Part shown: positions 25,501 through 39,312 of the stretch, one piece after another
Layout: every line of letters begins with the position of its first letter
Numbering within the stretch: the stretch's first letter is position 1
NCBI GenBank assembly: GCA_951406725.2
Contig: OX597817.1
Span: 169,756,001-169,820,000, forward strand
Source of the DNA: Octopus vulgaris
Lineage: Eukaryota
DNA length: 64,000 nucleotides
Direction: 5' to 3'
Notes under the pieces: model-generated
Told to the model about the DNA's origin: nothing
The model's database searches: none
The model's input: only the letters and a program-made list of their open reading frames with translations
Translations under genes and position numbers: made by a program

Positions 25501-27802
25501 TTTTTTTTATAATCAGAGATAATAGCTTCCTGAACTTTTACCACCTTATTCTTACTCAGGAGCTGGCCTAATCTCCACTGAAGATTAGGTCAGCTAGGCA
25601 GCAAAAACTGGTAACTATCCAGACATTTAAAAAAAATCTATTTCAGAATTTCCTACATATGAAGTCGTTTTTTTTTTTTTTTTATCAATCAACTTGCCTA
25701 TGAGCCCATTAAATCACTTGTGCATCTTTATTTCATATTGATACATATTGATGAAGTGAAATATCATACAACAAATATGCTATTCAGCAAAAACAAGTCA
25801 TTGTTGCATAAGTATAACATTTCAAAAATAATGGTTAAGTTTTGGATGATCATTGACATTATAACTCTGAATCTCCCTCGCATCAAAGTGATCACTTGTA
25901 TGGCCACTATACAATCAAGATTACGAAATACTTATTTTTCTATGTCACACACTAGTGGCTCATTGAGTACTTTAGCAAAAGGTAGTGTTGTCATTCTTGA
26001 TATTGACTGAACTGTGAACCATACAAAGTTGTGTGTTTGGTCACTATCTATCTTGCGTCTCTTGAATCAAAGGTTTCCCGTCAGGCACACAATGTGTCTC
26101 ACAGGAAACTTTTATACAGTTTTACACATCTCAACCTTCTGCACACAAATCTAGACACCTCACACAAGAAATGCCAGACACCTGGCACAACTAACACCAT
26201 ACATGCCAGACACATCTACAGCACAACTAGACACACAAGTAAAAACTTTTAGAAATCCCAGGCTTCACAATCACTGATGACATTTCATGTTAACACAGCA
26301 TCATGAGAAGTCATAAAATACTTTGGCTCTGAATAGTTGGTGATTTTCTATGACACCCAAATTAGGTTATTAGGTTATTTTGCAACTTGATACACATATA
26401 TATATATTAGATTTCTTTTCCTACATGCATTAATTGACAAAAATCCAAGCAATCATCCAAACTGATACCATCAGACTGAGAAGATATGTAAAGGTTATGA
26501 GTACTGTTCCTCTTTCTCAGACTAAGTTTTTAAAAAATAATTAAAAAAGACAACTTTAACCCTTTCACATTCAGATTACTCTGTCAAATGTAATACTTAT
26601 TTATTCACATCATTTTGAATTAATCATGCATTATCTCATATCTTCAAGATTTCAATGATGTGAATGCTTATTTTTAGAACGACAGTGTAAGATAAGTGTG
26701 AGAGGCTAAACTCATGTAGGAAAAATGACACTTCACTATCCAAACATGAGGATGATAAAATCAAAGAATACCCCATTTACCATGAACTAGAAAATATTGT
26801 CAATACTTAATCATATCAAGGAAACAGCAAACTCTGCCAATTTTCTACCAATGAATTGAATCCAACTTTCTCATATTTAGAAATAAAATACTGAACTGAA
26901 ATTCTGAATCAGTCTTTTGTTGCAAACACAAAATCTACAAAATTCTAAGGCATTTCAAAACAATAGTTTTTGCTATTGGTTAAATATGACAATATTTCAT
27001 CTACTTCTCTCCCACCCCATCACAACAAGCTATCCCTATCATACACATACGTACTAACATTATGTCTTTTCACTAAACTGTTGATATTATCTAAAAGTTC
27101 TCCCATTTTCAATCAAAATACCCACCACCCAAAATTCTGATATGTGTGTATACATTACAGACACATACATATGTGCAATGTTGTTGGAGGATTAATCTGG
27201 ATTAGAAATGTTTGTGCATTCATTTGCATATTGATATTGGCATGCATTTTATAATGCCCTACTTTTGTGTATATTCATTGGTCATAAATAAGGTATCATA
27301 AATACTATTACAAATACGCACAGACAGATGAAATATTTATAACAACATAATCCACAAACTCGACCTGTCTAAAATACAAAGGTTAAATTTTCTAAATAGT
27401 AGCGAAAAACAATTAAACCTCAATTAAAAATCTGCTGAACAACTAACGTTTCCACCAACTTACATTCTTTTGTGAACCCTAAAACAAAAACCACAAGACA
27501 AACAAATTTCTATATTGAAAACACCATGACCAAAAGCTGAAACACCTAATTACTAAGTTTCATATGCTTGACTAAATCTTGAAAACATAGTCTCTACCTT
27601 CCCAAAACAAACAGGTTAAGTCTTCCAAATAGTATTCAAATATCAACAACAATTAACCCATCAGTATTCAGACTACACTCTCAAATATAATGCTTATTTA
27701 TTCATGATGTTTTGAATTCATTTTGCAATGTCTTGAAGCTTTGAGATTTTGATTGTTTATTTTTAGAATGACCATGTTGAGACTTTACTGTATTTGTATA
27801 CA

Positions 27803-28156
27803 TCCGAATTGTGGCCGATGCCAGCGCCGCCTCGACTGGCTTCCGTGTCGGTGGCACGTAAAAAGCACCATCCGAATCATAGCCTAAGCCAGTGCTGCCT
27901 TGACTGGCTTCCATAAAATGCACCAATCCGACCGTGGCCGATGCCAGCCTCGCCTGGCACCAGTGCAGGTGGCACGTAAAAAGCACCCACTACACTCACG
28001 GAGTGGTTGGCGTTAGGAAGGGCATCCAGCTGTAGAAACATTGCCAGATAAGACCGGAGCCTGGTGCAGCCTTCTGGCTTCCCAGATCCCCAGTCGAACC
28101 GTCCAACCCATGCTAGCATGGAGAACGGACGTTAAACGATGATGATGATGATGATG
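27803..28156 (+). mobile_element. RTE 3'-UTR copy
   Basis: Same terminus, ~3 units. Confidence 0.8.
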
Positions 28157-30714
28157 AACACTGCCCTGTTATACATCTTCACAGTCATATTATTGATATT
28201 TATAATTAGTGTCACCACATTCCCTTTATATATGTGTCTGTGAGTGGATTGAGTGTTTTGCTTTGTGCTTTGTGTGTATGTGTGAACACATGTGTGTGTT
28301 TAGTTTAGTGGCAGTCATACTAGCAATGACCATGACTTAGGTTTTTCATGTGAAGGCAATAATATTTCACACTCACCAGATAGTTTGTTTAATATTTCAA
28401 ATCCACTCTTATTATTGGATTTTGTGAAAATATTTTCCAAAAATTTTAGCCATGATTTTATTATATTTATCTCTTTTGCTTATTGCTTTTAGATTTTAAA
28501 CAATTCTTAGATAAATATTTTGTCAACAAATTGTATGGATAACTTCTATTAATGGAAGTTCTTCAGCTCACTATCATATTTGAATTTTGCATGTAGAATG
28601 CTCCCATAAAGTATCTTCCCTTCAACCATTATTTTATAGATACTTTATCATCAACCACCCTACAATACTTGTTCTGCATTCATTTATTTATCCCCTCATC
28701 GATTCCCCATCCTGAACCATCTTTCACTCCCTACCGTTATTCCCTTGCAACTTTTACCCACCAACACTCCCTGCTTTTTTACTCACCTTCTTGTACCTTG
28801 TGGGTCCACCCTGACACCTAATTACCACTATTTTATTTCTCTTTCCAACTCCACCCTGATTATGCCAACCCACTCTTCTATGATGTGAGTAGCTATGTAG
28901 CACCTCAACAGCAAGAAACCTTTTCTGTTCTGGTCTTTTCTTTCATACTTCAGCCTCTCGTTTCTTAGCACAAAGCCAGCTCCCCCTCTGCTGTTCATTC
29001 ACTCAAAGGGTATCTTAGACTTGCAAGATGCAATGCAACCTCATGAATCATCATCATTGTTCGACCGTGGTTGAGACTTTCATAGTCTTTTCAAATGGCT
29101 AATAATGTGTGCGCACGCCACTACTACACACATTGGAAAGCATTGTACAACCAAGTACTAAAGAAGATCTTTCCTCCTCCGTGAAACAAAGCTGTTCCCG
29201 CTGGACATCAACTCAGTATTTCTAAGCTACGGACCGAGTGATTTATTGTAAGGTTATCTCCCTAGATAGATTGCCTTCACTACGGCTAAGGAGCCCTTTC
29301 TACCCCATGAATACTGTGTCACAAAAAAAAAAACAGAAAAAAGGTTCCATTACACTCTGTAAAGTGTCTGGAATTAGAAAGGGCATCCAGCCATAAAAAC
29401 TGAGCCAAAGCAGACATTGGAGCACAATGCAGTTCTCAGACCTGTCAAACCATACAACCCATGCCAGCATGGAAGATGGATATTAAAAGATGACAACGAC
29501 AATGATAATAATGATGGTGATGATGTTGATGATAGCAGTGATGATGGTGGTGTTGGTGGTGGTGGTGGTGTCAGTGGTGGTGGTAGCTGTGGGAGTGGTG
29601 ATGATGATGATGATGATGATGGTTTTATACTAGTCATGTTATGATACAAATAATACAGAAGAATAGTTCCGATAGACAAACAGTCACATGGACATTATAT
29701 GCTTAAGTTGCTCAAGAAAATTACTTATATGTAATTTCAATGCAGCAAAGTCCTTGAGAGATCTAAGAACTAATAGAAAGAATTTGTTACCATGGTGATG
29801 TCGTCATTGGTAATGCCAAAGCTGCAGATATTTTAGTCAATGGAGAAGTTTAATGGCTGCAAGGGATTAAGAGAAATTCTGCTGCTTTGTAATGTAGTTC
29901 TTTCTTCAGACAATAGTATGCAACAGATGTGAGCAATGTCTGGCAGTGAAGGAACAGAGGGAAAATGACTATGCAATAGAGCTGTTTTTGTTGTCGATTA
30001 GCAACTACATTGGCCCTGATCAAAAATATTTGTGATTAAAGGCATCCAAATCATGACCAATGTACTTTTTTTTTACCTGGAGTAGTGTACCTCAGACGAT
30101 ATTTTCTACCATGTCATTTTTAATTTGGTAGAGTTTAGCTTGTAGGAAATTTAGCTGCTGTTTCTAGCAAATCAAGCAGCTACATGGAAGCCCCCTCACT
30201 GAGTCATCTAATAATAGTCTAATTAATAAAACAACTCTAAATGAATTTAGATAGAAATTTTTACAAAATAAAGCAACTGAAACTTCCTTTACAATTAAAC
30301 ATACTTTTGGCAAAAAAAGGCCACAGACAAGTTGTACTTCTGACTGAACTAGATAAAACTAATGAGGATTTGTGCATTTATTCTTAAAATGTTCCAGCAG
30401 ATTGATTGCGAATGTGCTACTTGCTATTGCGTACATCACAGGAGAGCAATTTCTCCTTTTTATGATGACAAAGTTAAACATAGGGTAATTACTGTAATAA
30501 TCAACATCAAAGAAAACTGATATGAAGGTACATTTTATTTTTAATGAAGTGTTATTCAGATATATTTTTTATCATAAATATTTATTAGTATTGTTTGTGA
30601 GCTTCAGTATTTTTAGGTCAGATATAAGAATGTTAAGTTCTTTAGTCTAACTCAACCACAAGTACTTTGGACAACAACTGAAAGAAGTTTTTTACTAAGC
30701 ATATAGCATCCATT

Positions 30715-31145
30715 TGTAACAGGATGAGAGATTCCCGCACTGGATGGGTGCAGCCCGCATCCTTTACATTAAATATCTGTTGAAGAAAGAGTCAAGATTT
30801 TCCGTTAACTTCAGCAGTATAAATATTTATTCTTTGATTCGCAATATGAACATTTCCTTCCTCTGGGCGAATCGGCAACCTAGGAGCTTATCGGCAGTAG
30901 TTAAGTGGAGTGAGTCAATCCTGCCCATTCAAGCATAGCGGGGATGTGCAACGAGGTAGCAGCTTGAGAGAGCTGATGAAGACACGTCTGTCTTGTTCAG
31001 CTGCTGGCGTCCAAGAGAGCGATACAAAAGAATTTTGCTGCTGCTAGTTTTCTGCACATGCGCATGAGGGAACTTCCGGCAGGCCTTCCGGAAGACTCCA
31101 ACCCTGTGCATGTGTACCGGAGATTTCCAATATGGCATCACTACA
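30715..31145 (-). mobile_element. Solo LTR (Gypsy-like)
   Basis: TG...CA termini (tgtagtga...gttaca), 4-bp TSD CATT on both sides, internal AATAAA, and similarity to the element at 38828. Confidence 0.8.
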
Positions 31146-31782
31146 CATTTATGGCACATACATCCAAGCCTGTATATGCTTCATTCTGGCATACATCAGT
31201 CAATGTCACTTAGGTACAGTCACATTCTCACCAAACATATTACTAGGATAAAAAACTAAAATCATACTAATAACAGTAGAATAAGTTGCTGAACAAAGGA
31301 AGTCTACAATTATCATAACTTTTTTAAAACAAAATAAAAATTTTAAACAAAATGAAAATTTTAAACAAAATAAAAATTCAATGCTGCATCTTAAGAATTA
31401 TATGAAAAATAAAAACTGGGCCAAATTTCAAATTTCTATGGACTACATTATTGTGTATAGCGACAAAAAACTATTATAAATTACTCTTGGCTTTCTTCAT
31501 TTATCTTGCAATATAATTTGAAAAGAGATGTCTTTGATCATTCAAACTTGAAAAAGAGAAAAATCTTCCTTTTTACTCTTTCTGTAATGATCAAAATCAT
31601 TCTGATTGTATAGCAATGCAAATGAAGAGAGATTTTAACATAAGTAGTTTATTACCGTCTTTCGTTACAGAACAGAAAAACATACCCTGTTTTACATAAC
31701 TAAAATGACAACCAATTGGTACAAAATAAATCAAATGTCATGAAATCAGATAAGTCAGAATCTTCTAAACCAGAGTACATAA

Positions 31783-32002
31783 ACGAGGGCGAACCGAAAA
31801 GTTCCTGGCTTTAAGGGTATAATGAAAGGCCTGGTTGGAGGCCCAACCTTCTGAGTTCTTTTACAGGCCTTAGAAAAACTGAAGGACCACTGCAATAAGT
31901 GTGTGAATCTGAGAGGGGAATATATTGGATAAAAGCATAATTAACTGATCCTCCCGTATTTTCTTTTACTCAAAGCCAGGAACTTTTCAGTACTCCCTCA
32001 TA
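31783..32002 (+). mobile_element. Mariner-derived MITE
   Basis: TIRs with gaaaagttcctggcttt / aaagccaggaacttttc and residual LEKLKDHCNKCVNLRGEY. Second copy at ~549-765. Confidence 0.8.
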
Positions 32003-33117
32003 TACCTAGGAATATGCAAGAGAAATTGTTGGGCGGAGCTTGCTTCCTAGCTACATGATTTCGGGTTCAGTCCCACTGCGTGGCACTTTGGGTAGGTATC
32101 TTCCACTATAGCCCCGAGCCGACCGAAGCCTTGTGATTGAATTCGGTAGGTGGAAGTTACTGCTGTGTGTGTATATGTGTGTGTAGGTGCTCAGTGCCTC
32201 TCCGACACAGAGAGAGAGGGAATTGTAGGTTTGTAAACATAATGGAATTTCAAAGCAATCCCAATCGACTAAATGCAACTCATATGTCACATAAACCTGA
32301 CACAAAGTTGACAAGAAGGCCATGTTGAAGCTGACTGCAAATGGTGACAAATCAATGCTTGTTACAGCAAATAGTGACATTTAGATTTACTATAAAATAA
32401 TTCCAAGTGCAGATAAAAAAATACAATTAAATTTCTAAAATTCGCAACTAGCTGAAGAGATCAGCTTAGAATGAAAATAAATCAACAAAACTATATTCCA
32501 GTATAATGATTTTCCTTCAGTTGTTATAATTCTTTCAGTAGGCCACATGTTCCGCACCTCTTGTATAAGCTATTTACTTGAACACAGCATATTGTATCTT
32601 GTTGAAAGGAGAGGATTTTAGTAATGAGAAACAAATGAAGTAGGAGTAATGAAAACTCGACAAGCAACACAGCAATTTATAAAAATCAGTCAAGAAACTC
32701 TCCATTTGCTTCAGAATGGATGGACAAGGAATACAATAACAAAACCACAACAACAACAACAATGTAATTGGCTTCAAATTTCAAAAGTTTGGTGCAAGGC
32801 CATCAATTTTGGGAGAGGGGTTAAGTCAATTATATCAACCCCGAAGTTCAACTGGTACTTATTTTATCGACCCTGAAAGGATGAAGGACAAAGCTGACCT
32901 TGGTGAAATTTGAACCTAGAATGTAAAGACAGACAATATGGCACAAAGCGTTTTTGCCCAGCATGCTAGTGACTCTGCCACCTTAACAACAACAACATTG
33001 TAATTCAGAAAGAATCATGAGGAACAGAAAGTTACAAAACCTGATAGCAACATTGGTAAATAGCTTAAATAATCAGCATTAAATTAAGGAACTGTTATAG
33101 TAAACCTGTCATTTTAC

Positions 33118-33247
33118 CTTTTAAAAATCCAGGATAAGCAGCATTTAGAGTATGGAGTGCAATTAGATCTTGACTTACACCATGTTTTTTATTTGGTGAT
33201 CGGAAATTATTCATTTTCCGATTTTGCCTTTTCTTTTCAAAATATTC
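33118..33247 (-). CDS. REDIC1: REDIC1-like coding exon 2 (EYFEKKRQNRKMNNFRSPNKKHGVSQDLIALHTLNAAYPGFLK)
   Basis: Acceptor ttttgttttttgtaacag|GAA and donor AAG|gtaaaa. Phase 0 start joins exon 1. EYFEK, SP and VSxD motifs resemble vertebrate REDIC1 (recalled). Confidence 0.88.
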
Positions 33248-36031
33248 CTGTTACAAAAAACAAAATTGTGAAAAAAAATGATATGACAAATGTATTAAGA
33301 ACATATAAGTTATATACATTAAGTAACGATATTTTGAAGGAAGACTGGAAATGAAGGACACGGCTTGCATGGTGAAACATGTTTAGAATTATTGCACAAT
33401 GTCAAGGCAAAGAGACAAGAATACACACACACATGCATGCACACACACACGCACAAGCTTCTTTTAGCTCTTTTCTACCAAACCCACTCCCAAGACTTTG
33501 GTCAGCTCATGGTTAAAATAGAAGACATTTGCCTAAGATGCCACACAGTGGGACTGAACCCAAGACCATGTAGTTGGGAAGCAAACTAGTAGATATGCAA
33601 TATTCAAGTAATATTTAATGGCTGTTATTCAAAACATATTCTATAACAAGGTAGATTTTTTTTTAACTCTTCATTTTCTACATTAATCCTAATATCCTAT
33701 ATACTGGGAAAACATTTTCCAAAGGGATCAGACCAAATTTTTTCTCATTCAACAGCACAAAGATATAATCATTGCATATATCAAGGAAATATTTTCTACC
33801 TCAAACAAAAACATTTCGAAAATATGAGTTCATTACAAATACAAGGCCAAACCATCACCAGGGATCCATCCTGGTAAACATACATCTTCAACATGGCAAA
33901 GACTGCATTACAAAGTTCAGCCTTCATATTCATATTCACATCTATTAACCCTTTCATTACTATATTTCTGACCAAAATACACCCCTTATGAGTTTCAATT
34001 AAATTCTAAAATAATCATGAATTTAGACTAGTTTCATTAAACAACTGTAACTTTTTTACTTATTAACATATTAATGTGATATTTGGAATATAAAGAAATG
34101 GTTCTTAAGCAATTCTATTGCATAACTTTTGTCTCAAAGTGACTTTAATTACAGGTAAATCCAGGTAAACTGAGCAAAAGGTAAAAATATCAAAATTTTG
34201 TTTAATACTTTAGCATTCATATTACATTGTCAAAGGTAATGCTTATTTAGTTACATTCCTCCTCCTCCCAGCCACCACCAAAACCACCAAAACCACCAAA
34301 ACCACCACCATCACCACCATCTGCTTTCCCTGCTGGCATGAGTAGACTGGTTTGACAGTGAACAGGCAAGCCGCAGGGCTGTGTAGAGCTCTTTGGTATG
34401 GTTTCTATGGTTTGAATGCCTTCCTAATGACAAGCACTGAACTGAGTATACTGGGCGGGGGGGCAGGGCTATTTTTCATGCCACCACACTAGTGTGGTTG
34501 CCATGTAACCTACAAGACAGAAAAGGACAGAGAATGAGGAAAAGGAAAAAAGCCCCTATTTATCATCATCAAAACGAAATATTTGAGAAGGGAAGGTGGA
34601 GATGGGTGAGTGTATACCAGGTGTTGAAAGGCTAAAGCATGACAGAGGGACAAGCACAGGTGCCTTGCTATGGAAGAGATATATGACTGAAGGGGGTAAG
34701 AGGAAGGTAGTGATGGGGCGCTAAAGTAACATTAAGGAACATTAAGGAGAGCATGAGAGAGGACATGGAGAGTGGGTCGCAGGATAGGATGAAAGAGTGG
34801 CTGCTTTCATTAGAGTGCATGGAAGAAGTAAACATTGTTTTGAATTAATCATGCATCATCTCATAGCTAAGAGATTTCAATGATGTCATCATGGACATTA
34901 ACCTGTATCTGAGTAGTAAACCTGTAGCAAGTGATTGAGCCTCTTCATTCTGATTGGTAGAAAGGGTGCTGGTGCATGAGGTGACTGTTCAGGCCAAGGG
35001 TGGTATTGGAGAGCTGGGTGACGTGAGATGAGGAAGTGTGAGTTGCTCTTTGCATTTTTGACATCTGATCTCTGCCTCCTGATGTCTGTTATTTCCTGTT
35101 TTGTCTATTCCCTCAACAATGGCATGCCACCACTTTGGGAAATTGTCTTCAAGGTATGTGGGTCAATGGAACAAAAGAGGAGAGAGGCCTTGAGTGTTCA
35201 TTTTTACAACGACTGTAGGTATGGGGTAGGTTTGAGAGACCAGGTCTGGCCAGTTTGAACATAAAACAGGTAGAATATGGTTGGTTTAAACACTAAAGCA
35301 TTAACATTCTACGAAACTCTGGTGAAATCCACATTGGAGTTCTACTCCCACATTTGTGTAGAAGTACCACTTCTACAGATACAGATACCCTAGAATGCAT
35401 CCCATAAAGTGTGAAGTTACTAGAAAATATACGGCAACCCATGAACATGCTGTTTTTGCATTCTGATTTTTCACTGCTATTACAGTGATCTCTGTTCCTT
35501 GGCTGTAGTTACACTCATACCACTTCAACTCAAGTACTACCAGTTTACTCATCTTTCCTCTTCTCATAACCCATATTATGTCCACCACCCAAGGCCATGC
35601 ATCAATTACAATTTGCTGTCTTTGTCCCTAGGAATGTTAGCTCTGTGGAATTCTTACTCAGTCTATGTTTTTCTGCAGCCAACAAATTGCAAACTGTTCA
35701 TGAGGAACAACAATCATGTTGCCATCAAAGGGTTTGCAAAAGCCAGGAACATACACACATGACAGGCTTCCACACAGTATCCATCTGCCAAATTCCCTCA
35801 CATTGGAATGAGGCTATAGCAGAGATGCCTGAGGTATTGCATAGCAGGATTCAACCTGGACCCACGTGGTTGCAAAGTGAGCTTCTTAATGATTGAGTCA
35901 TATGTTAGATAGCCTGGTATTTTATAAGTTTACTTTGAGCTTTATGACATATCATTTATATCAAATATCTTAGCTGTTAATGTGTGTGTGTGTGTGTGTG
36001 TGTGTGTGAGTGTGTTCACTTGTTCGAATCT

Positions 36032-36417
36032 GGATGAAAGCACTCCGTCGGTTACGACGACGAGGGTTTCGGTTGATCCGAATCAACGGAACAGCCTGCT
36101 CGTGAAATTAACGTGTAAGTGGCTGAGCACTCCACAGACACGTGTACCCTTAATGTAGTTCTTGGGGATATTCAGCGTGACACAGAGAGTGACAAGGCCA
36201 GCCCTTTGAAATACAGGTACAACAGAAACAGGAAGTAAGAGTGAGAGAAAGTTGTGGTGAAAGAGTACAGCAGGGATCACCACCATCCCCTGCCGGAGCA
36301 TCGTGGAGCTTCAGGTGTTTTCGCTCAATAAACACTCACAACGCCCGGTCTGGCAATCGAAACCGCGATCCTATGACCGCGAGTCCACTGCCCTAACCAC
36401 TGGGCCATTTCGCCTCC
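36032..36417 (-). mobile_element. tRNA-derived SINE, same head, different tail
   Basis: A and B boxes; 11-bp TSD tgttcgaatct at 36021-36031 and 36418-36428. Confidence 0.9.
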
Positions 36418-36520
36418 TGTTCGAATCTAAACTCCATCCCTCCCTACTTTGTCTCCTTCAGCATGAGAATGTTACTATCATGACTCAACTCATACTTTGC
36501 AATACACGCACACATGCATG

Positions 36521-36554
<34 letters not shown>

Positions 36555-37109
36555 CACACGTTTTCAGAACTAGCTTTTTGTTAACACCTGTAACATGAGA
36601 TGTAAAATATTTATTGCAGTATTAACATTAATTATTATTAATCAATAATTACATGCAATACGATATTTCATTCTGAGAGAAAAATCATTCTAGATTTCTT
36701 AACAGCAATATAATTTGATATAGCTAGCAAATATTGAAAAACAATGAAACCATTGTTACTTTTGGTGCTAAATTAAGTTTCACAGCACTCTCTTAAGACA
36801 TGACATTTGAAAGAATATCAATATCAATATAAAAAGGTAGAATGAAAGAATTACAAATGTTAATAAAATAATTCATGTGTTGGAGGATTTATGAAATAAT
36901 TAAGAATGGATATGACGAAGTTTTAGAAAATTAGAAAGATATGATTTTATGCAAGAATGATACACCTTTGTAAATCAATATATTAGCATTCATCATATTC
37001 TTCTTCCGAATTCTATGCAATTATCACTTCAATAATCGTTTGCTATTACAGAAAGATAATGAGTAGAACAAATTGTTATACAGCACTGCAGAATATATAC
37101 CTTTCATTT

Positions 37110-37482
37110 TTTCCAGGCTTTGGATTGTGACCATGTTGGTGCACTTCATTGAAGGGGTTAGATGAACAAATAAACCCTAGAAATTTTTTTTTAAAGTCTG
37201 GTATGTATTCTATTGGTCTCTTTTACTGAACTGCTAAGATGTGGGGACATAAACAAACCAACACTTGTTAGGCAATAGTTGGAGACAAGCACAAAGCCAG
37301 ACAGACACACACAGATGTACAATGGACTTCTTTCAGTTTCCATCTACCAAACCCACTCACAAAGCTTTGGTCAGCCCAAGGCTATAGTAGAAGACACTTG
37401 CTCAAAGTGGCTTGGAGTGGGACTGAACCTGGAACCATGTGGTTGGGAAGCAAACTTTTTACCACACAGCCATGCCTGTGCC
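37110..37482 (-). mobile_element. Older diverged CORE-like SINE
   Basis: Collinear with the family along its length. Further fragments lie at 1-105, 935-1120, 4515-4670, 17112-17310, 32040-32185, 33455-33588, 35762-35900 and 63775-64000. Confidence 0.75.
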
Positions 37483-38509
37483 TATTAAAGGATACTACAA
37501 TGTAATTTGGCTGACACTTTAACAGTTCTACCATCCAACCATCTATAGATTTTTTCTTTTATCAATACTGAATGTATAGAAAGGTGTAAATGCTTTGTCA
37601 TCTTGTCTTTAAATATTCCAGCTTCATGAACAGAAAGAAGGATTTAGCAATAAATCAATAGAGATGTTTTGTAGCACAGCATAACATAAATACAAAGTAG
37701 TATTAACACACCAGTAGTCTACATATTTCAGTGCACACAATATTCCTTATCATCATTTTCTTTTTCACATTCAGTTTTCTACTGACTGGGTCCATAGTAT
37801 ACAGTAATCACCCTATGTTGTGATCCTGTATCAATTCATTCATGAACCTCAGTAATCCACAGTTTCTTTGATCAGTACACTCTGCAAAGTGGTTAGTGTT
37901 AGAAAAGGCATCGAGCCATAGGAACCAAACCAAAACAGACACGGAACCTAGGCAGCTCTTCAGTTGGCCAGGTCCTGTCAAACCGTCCAACCCATGCCAG
38001 CATGGGAAACATGCTAAATGATGATGATGATGATGATGATGGTTGTTTCCCTGGGTAAGATTCTGTGGTGAGGCTCAGGAATTCAGGAGTTTTGGCAAAT
38101 ATGATGCTACTCCTTACTCCATCACTGCTCCCAGGTTTGTTCTAACCTGTGTTGGTAGTTACCTTTAGAAACCCCGGTTATAGATCAAATGACAGAAGAT
38201 GGACCTGTGGCTAAAGTATACAGAACTAGGAGGAGAACTGGCCTTGAAACATGGGTTCGACAGGCTCACTGGTATGTAAACACGGCCTAATGCATGTGAA
38301 CTGGTTCCCCTACCTAAGGGTGAAACGGGTCCTTTGCCTTAACCCTTTAGTATTCAAACCAATCATATCACGCACAATCAGTCTACCTGTTTCATGCCCA
38401 AACTGGCCAGATTTGGCTTCTCACACCTAATTTATGATGTCATTTTAAAAATAAGCCATTGCATCAACATCTCAGAGTTAAAAGACAAAGCATGATTAAT
38501 TCAAGACAA

Positions 38510-38810
38510 AAAAGCACCGTCCGAACGTGGCAGATGCCAGCACCGCCTGGCTGGTGTCTGTGTCAGTGACACGTAAAAGCACCAACCGATCGTTGCTGTT
38601 TGCCAGCTTGCTCTGGCCCCTGTGCCAGTAGCACATAAAAAAACACCCACTACACTCATGGTGTGGTTGGCATTAGGAAGGGCATCCAGCTGTAGAAACA
38701 CTACCAAATCAGACTAGAGCCTAGTGCAGCCTCCATGGCTTCCAGACCCCGGTCAAACTGGCCAACCCATGCTAGCATGGAAAACGGACGTTAAATGATG
38801 ATGATGATGA
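38510..38810 (+). mobile_element. RTE 3'-UTR copy
   Basis: Same terminus and units, more diverged. Confidence 0.75.
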
Positions 38811-38827
38811 ATCTTAATAAATGAGCT

Positions 38828-39312
38828 TGTAGTGACGTCATATTCCAGGGTGCGCACACGCAACGTCATTCTTCAGTGTGCGTGTGCGGAACGTATTCTT
38901 CAGTGTGAGTGTGCGGAACGTCCTTCTTCAGTGTGCGTGTGCGGAACGTCCTTCTTCAGTGTGCGTGTGCGGGGTTGGAACCTTCTGGAAAGGCATAAGG
39001 AAGTTCCCTCATGCACATGCGCTAGAGACTGGGGAAGAAATTCTATCGCGTTCCTTAATAGTGTTGTTGACTTGAGACACGGCTATTGAAGAGAAAGGAC
39101 ATATTTTTAAACGTGTGATCAGCCTATTCTCCTGTCCCAGACGCTTAGGATTTGACCTGTTCTATTGCTGCTGAATTGTTGTAAGAATCTTACAAACGTT
39201 AAAATTCAGCCTTGCTGTGTTGAACTAAGTGGATACCAATATACCATCGTGCTTCATTTGTGAATAAGAGAATAAAGAATCATATATATTTTTAAGGTTG
39301 CGTTTTGTTACT
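38828..39312 (+). mobile_element. Related LTR with internal ~27-bp tandem repeat (x4)
   Basis: Starts tgtagtgacgtcatatt and shares ggaagttccctcatgc.catg with the 30715 LTR. AATAAA near 39271. The 3' end and TSD are uncertain. Confidence 0.62.
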
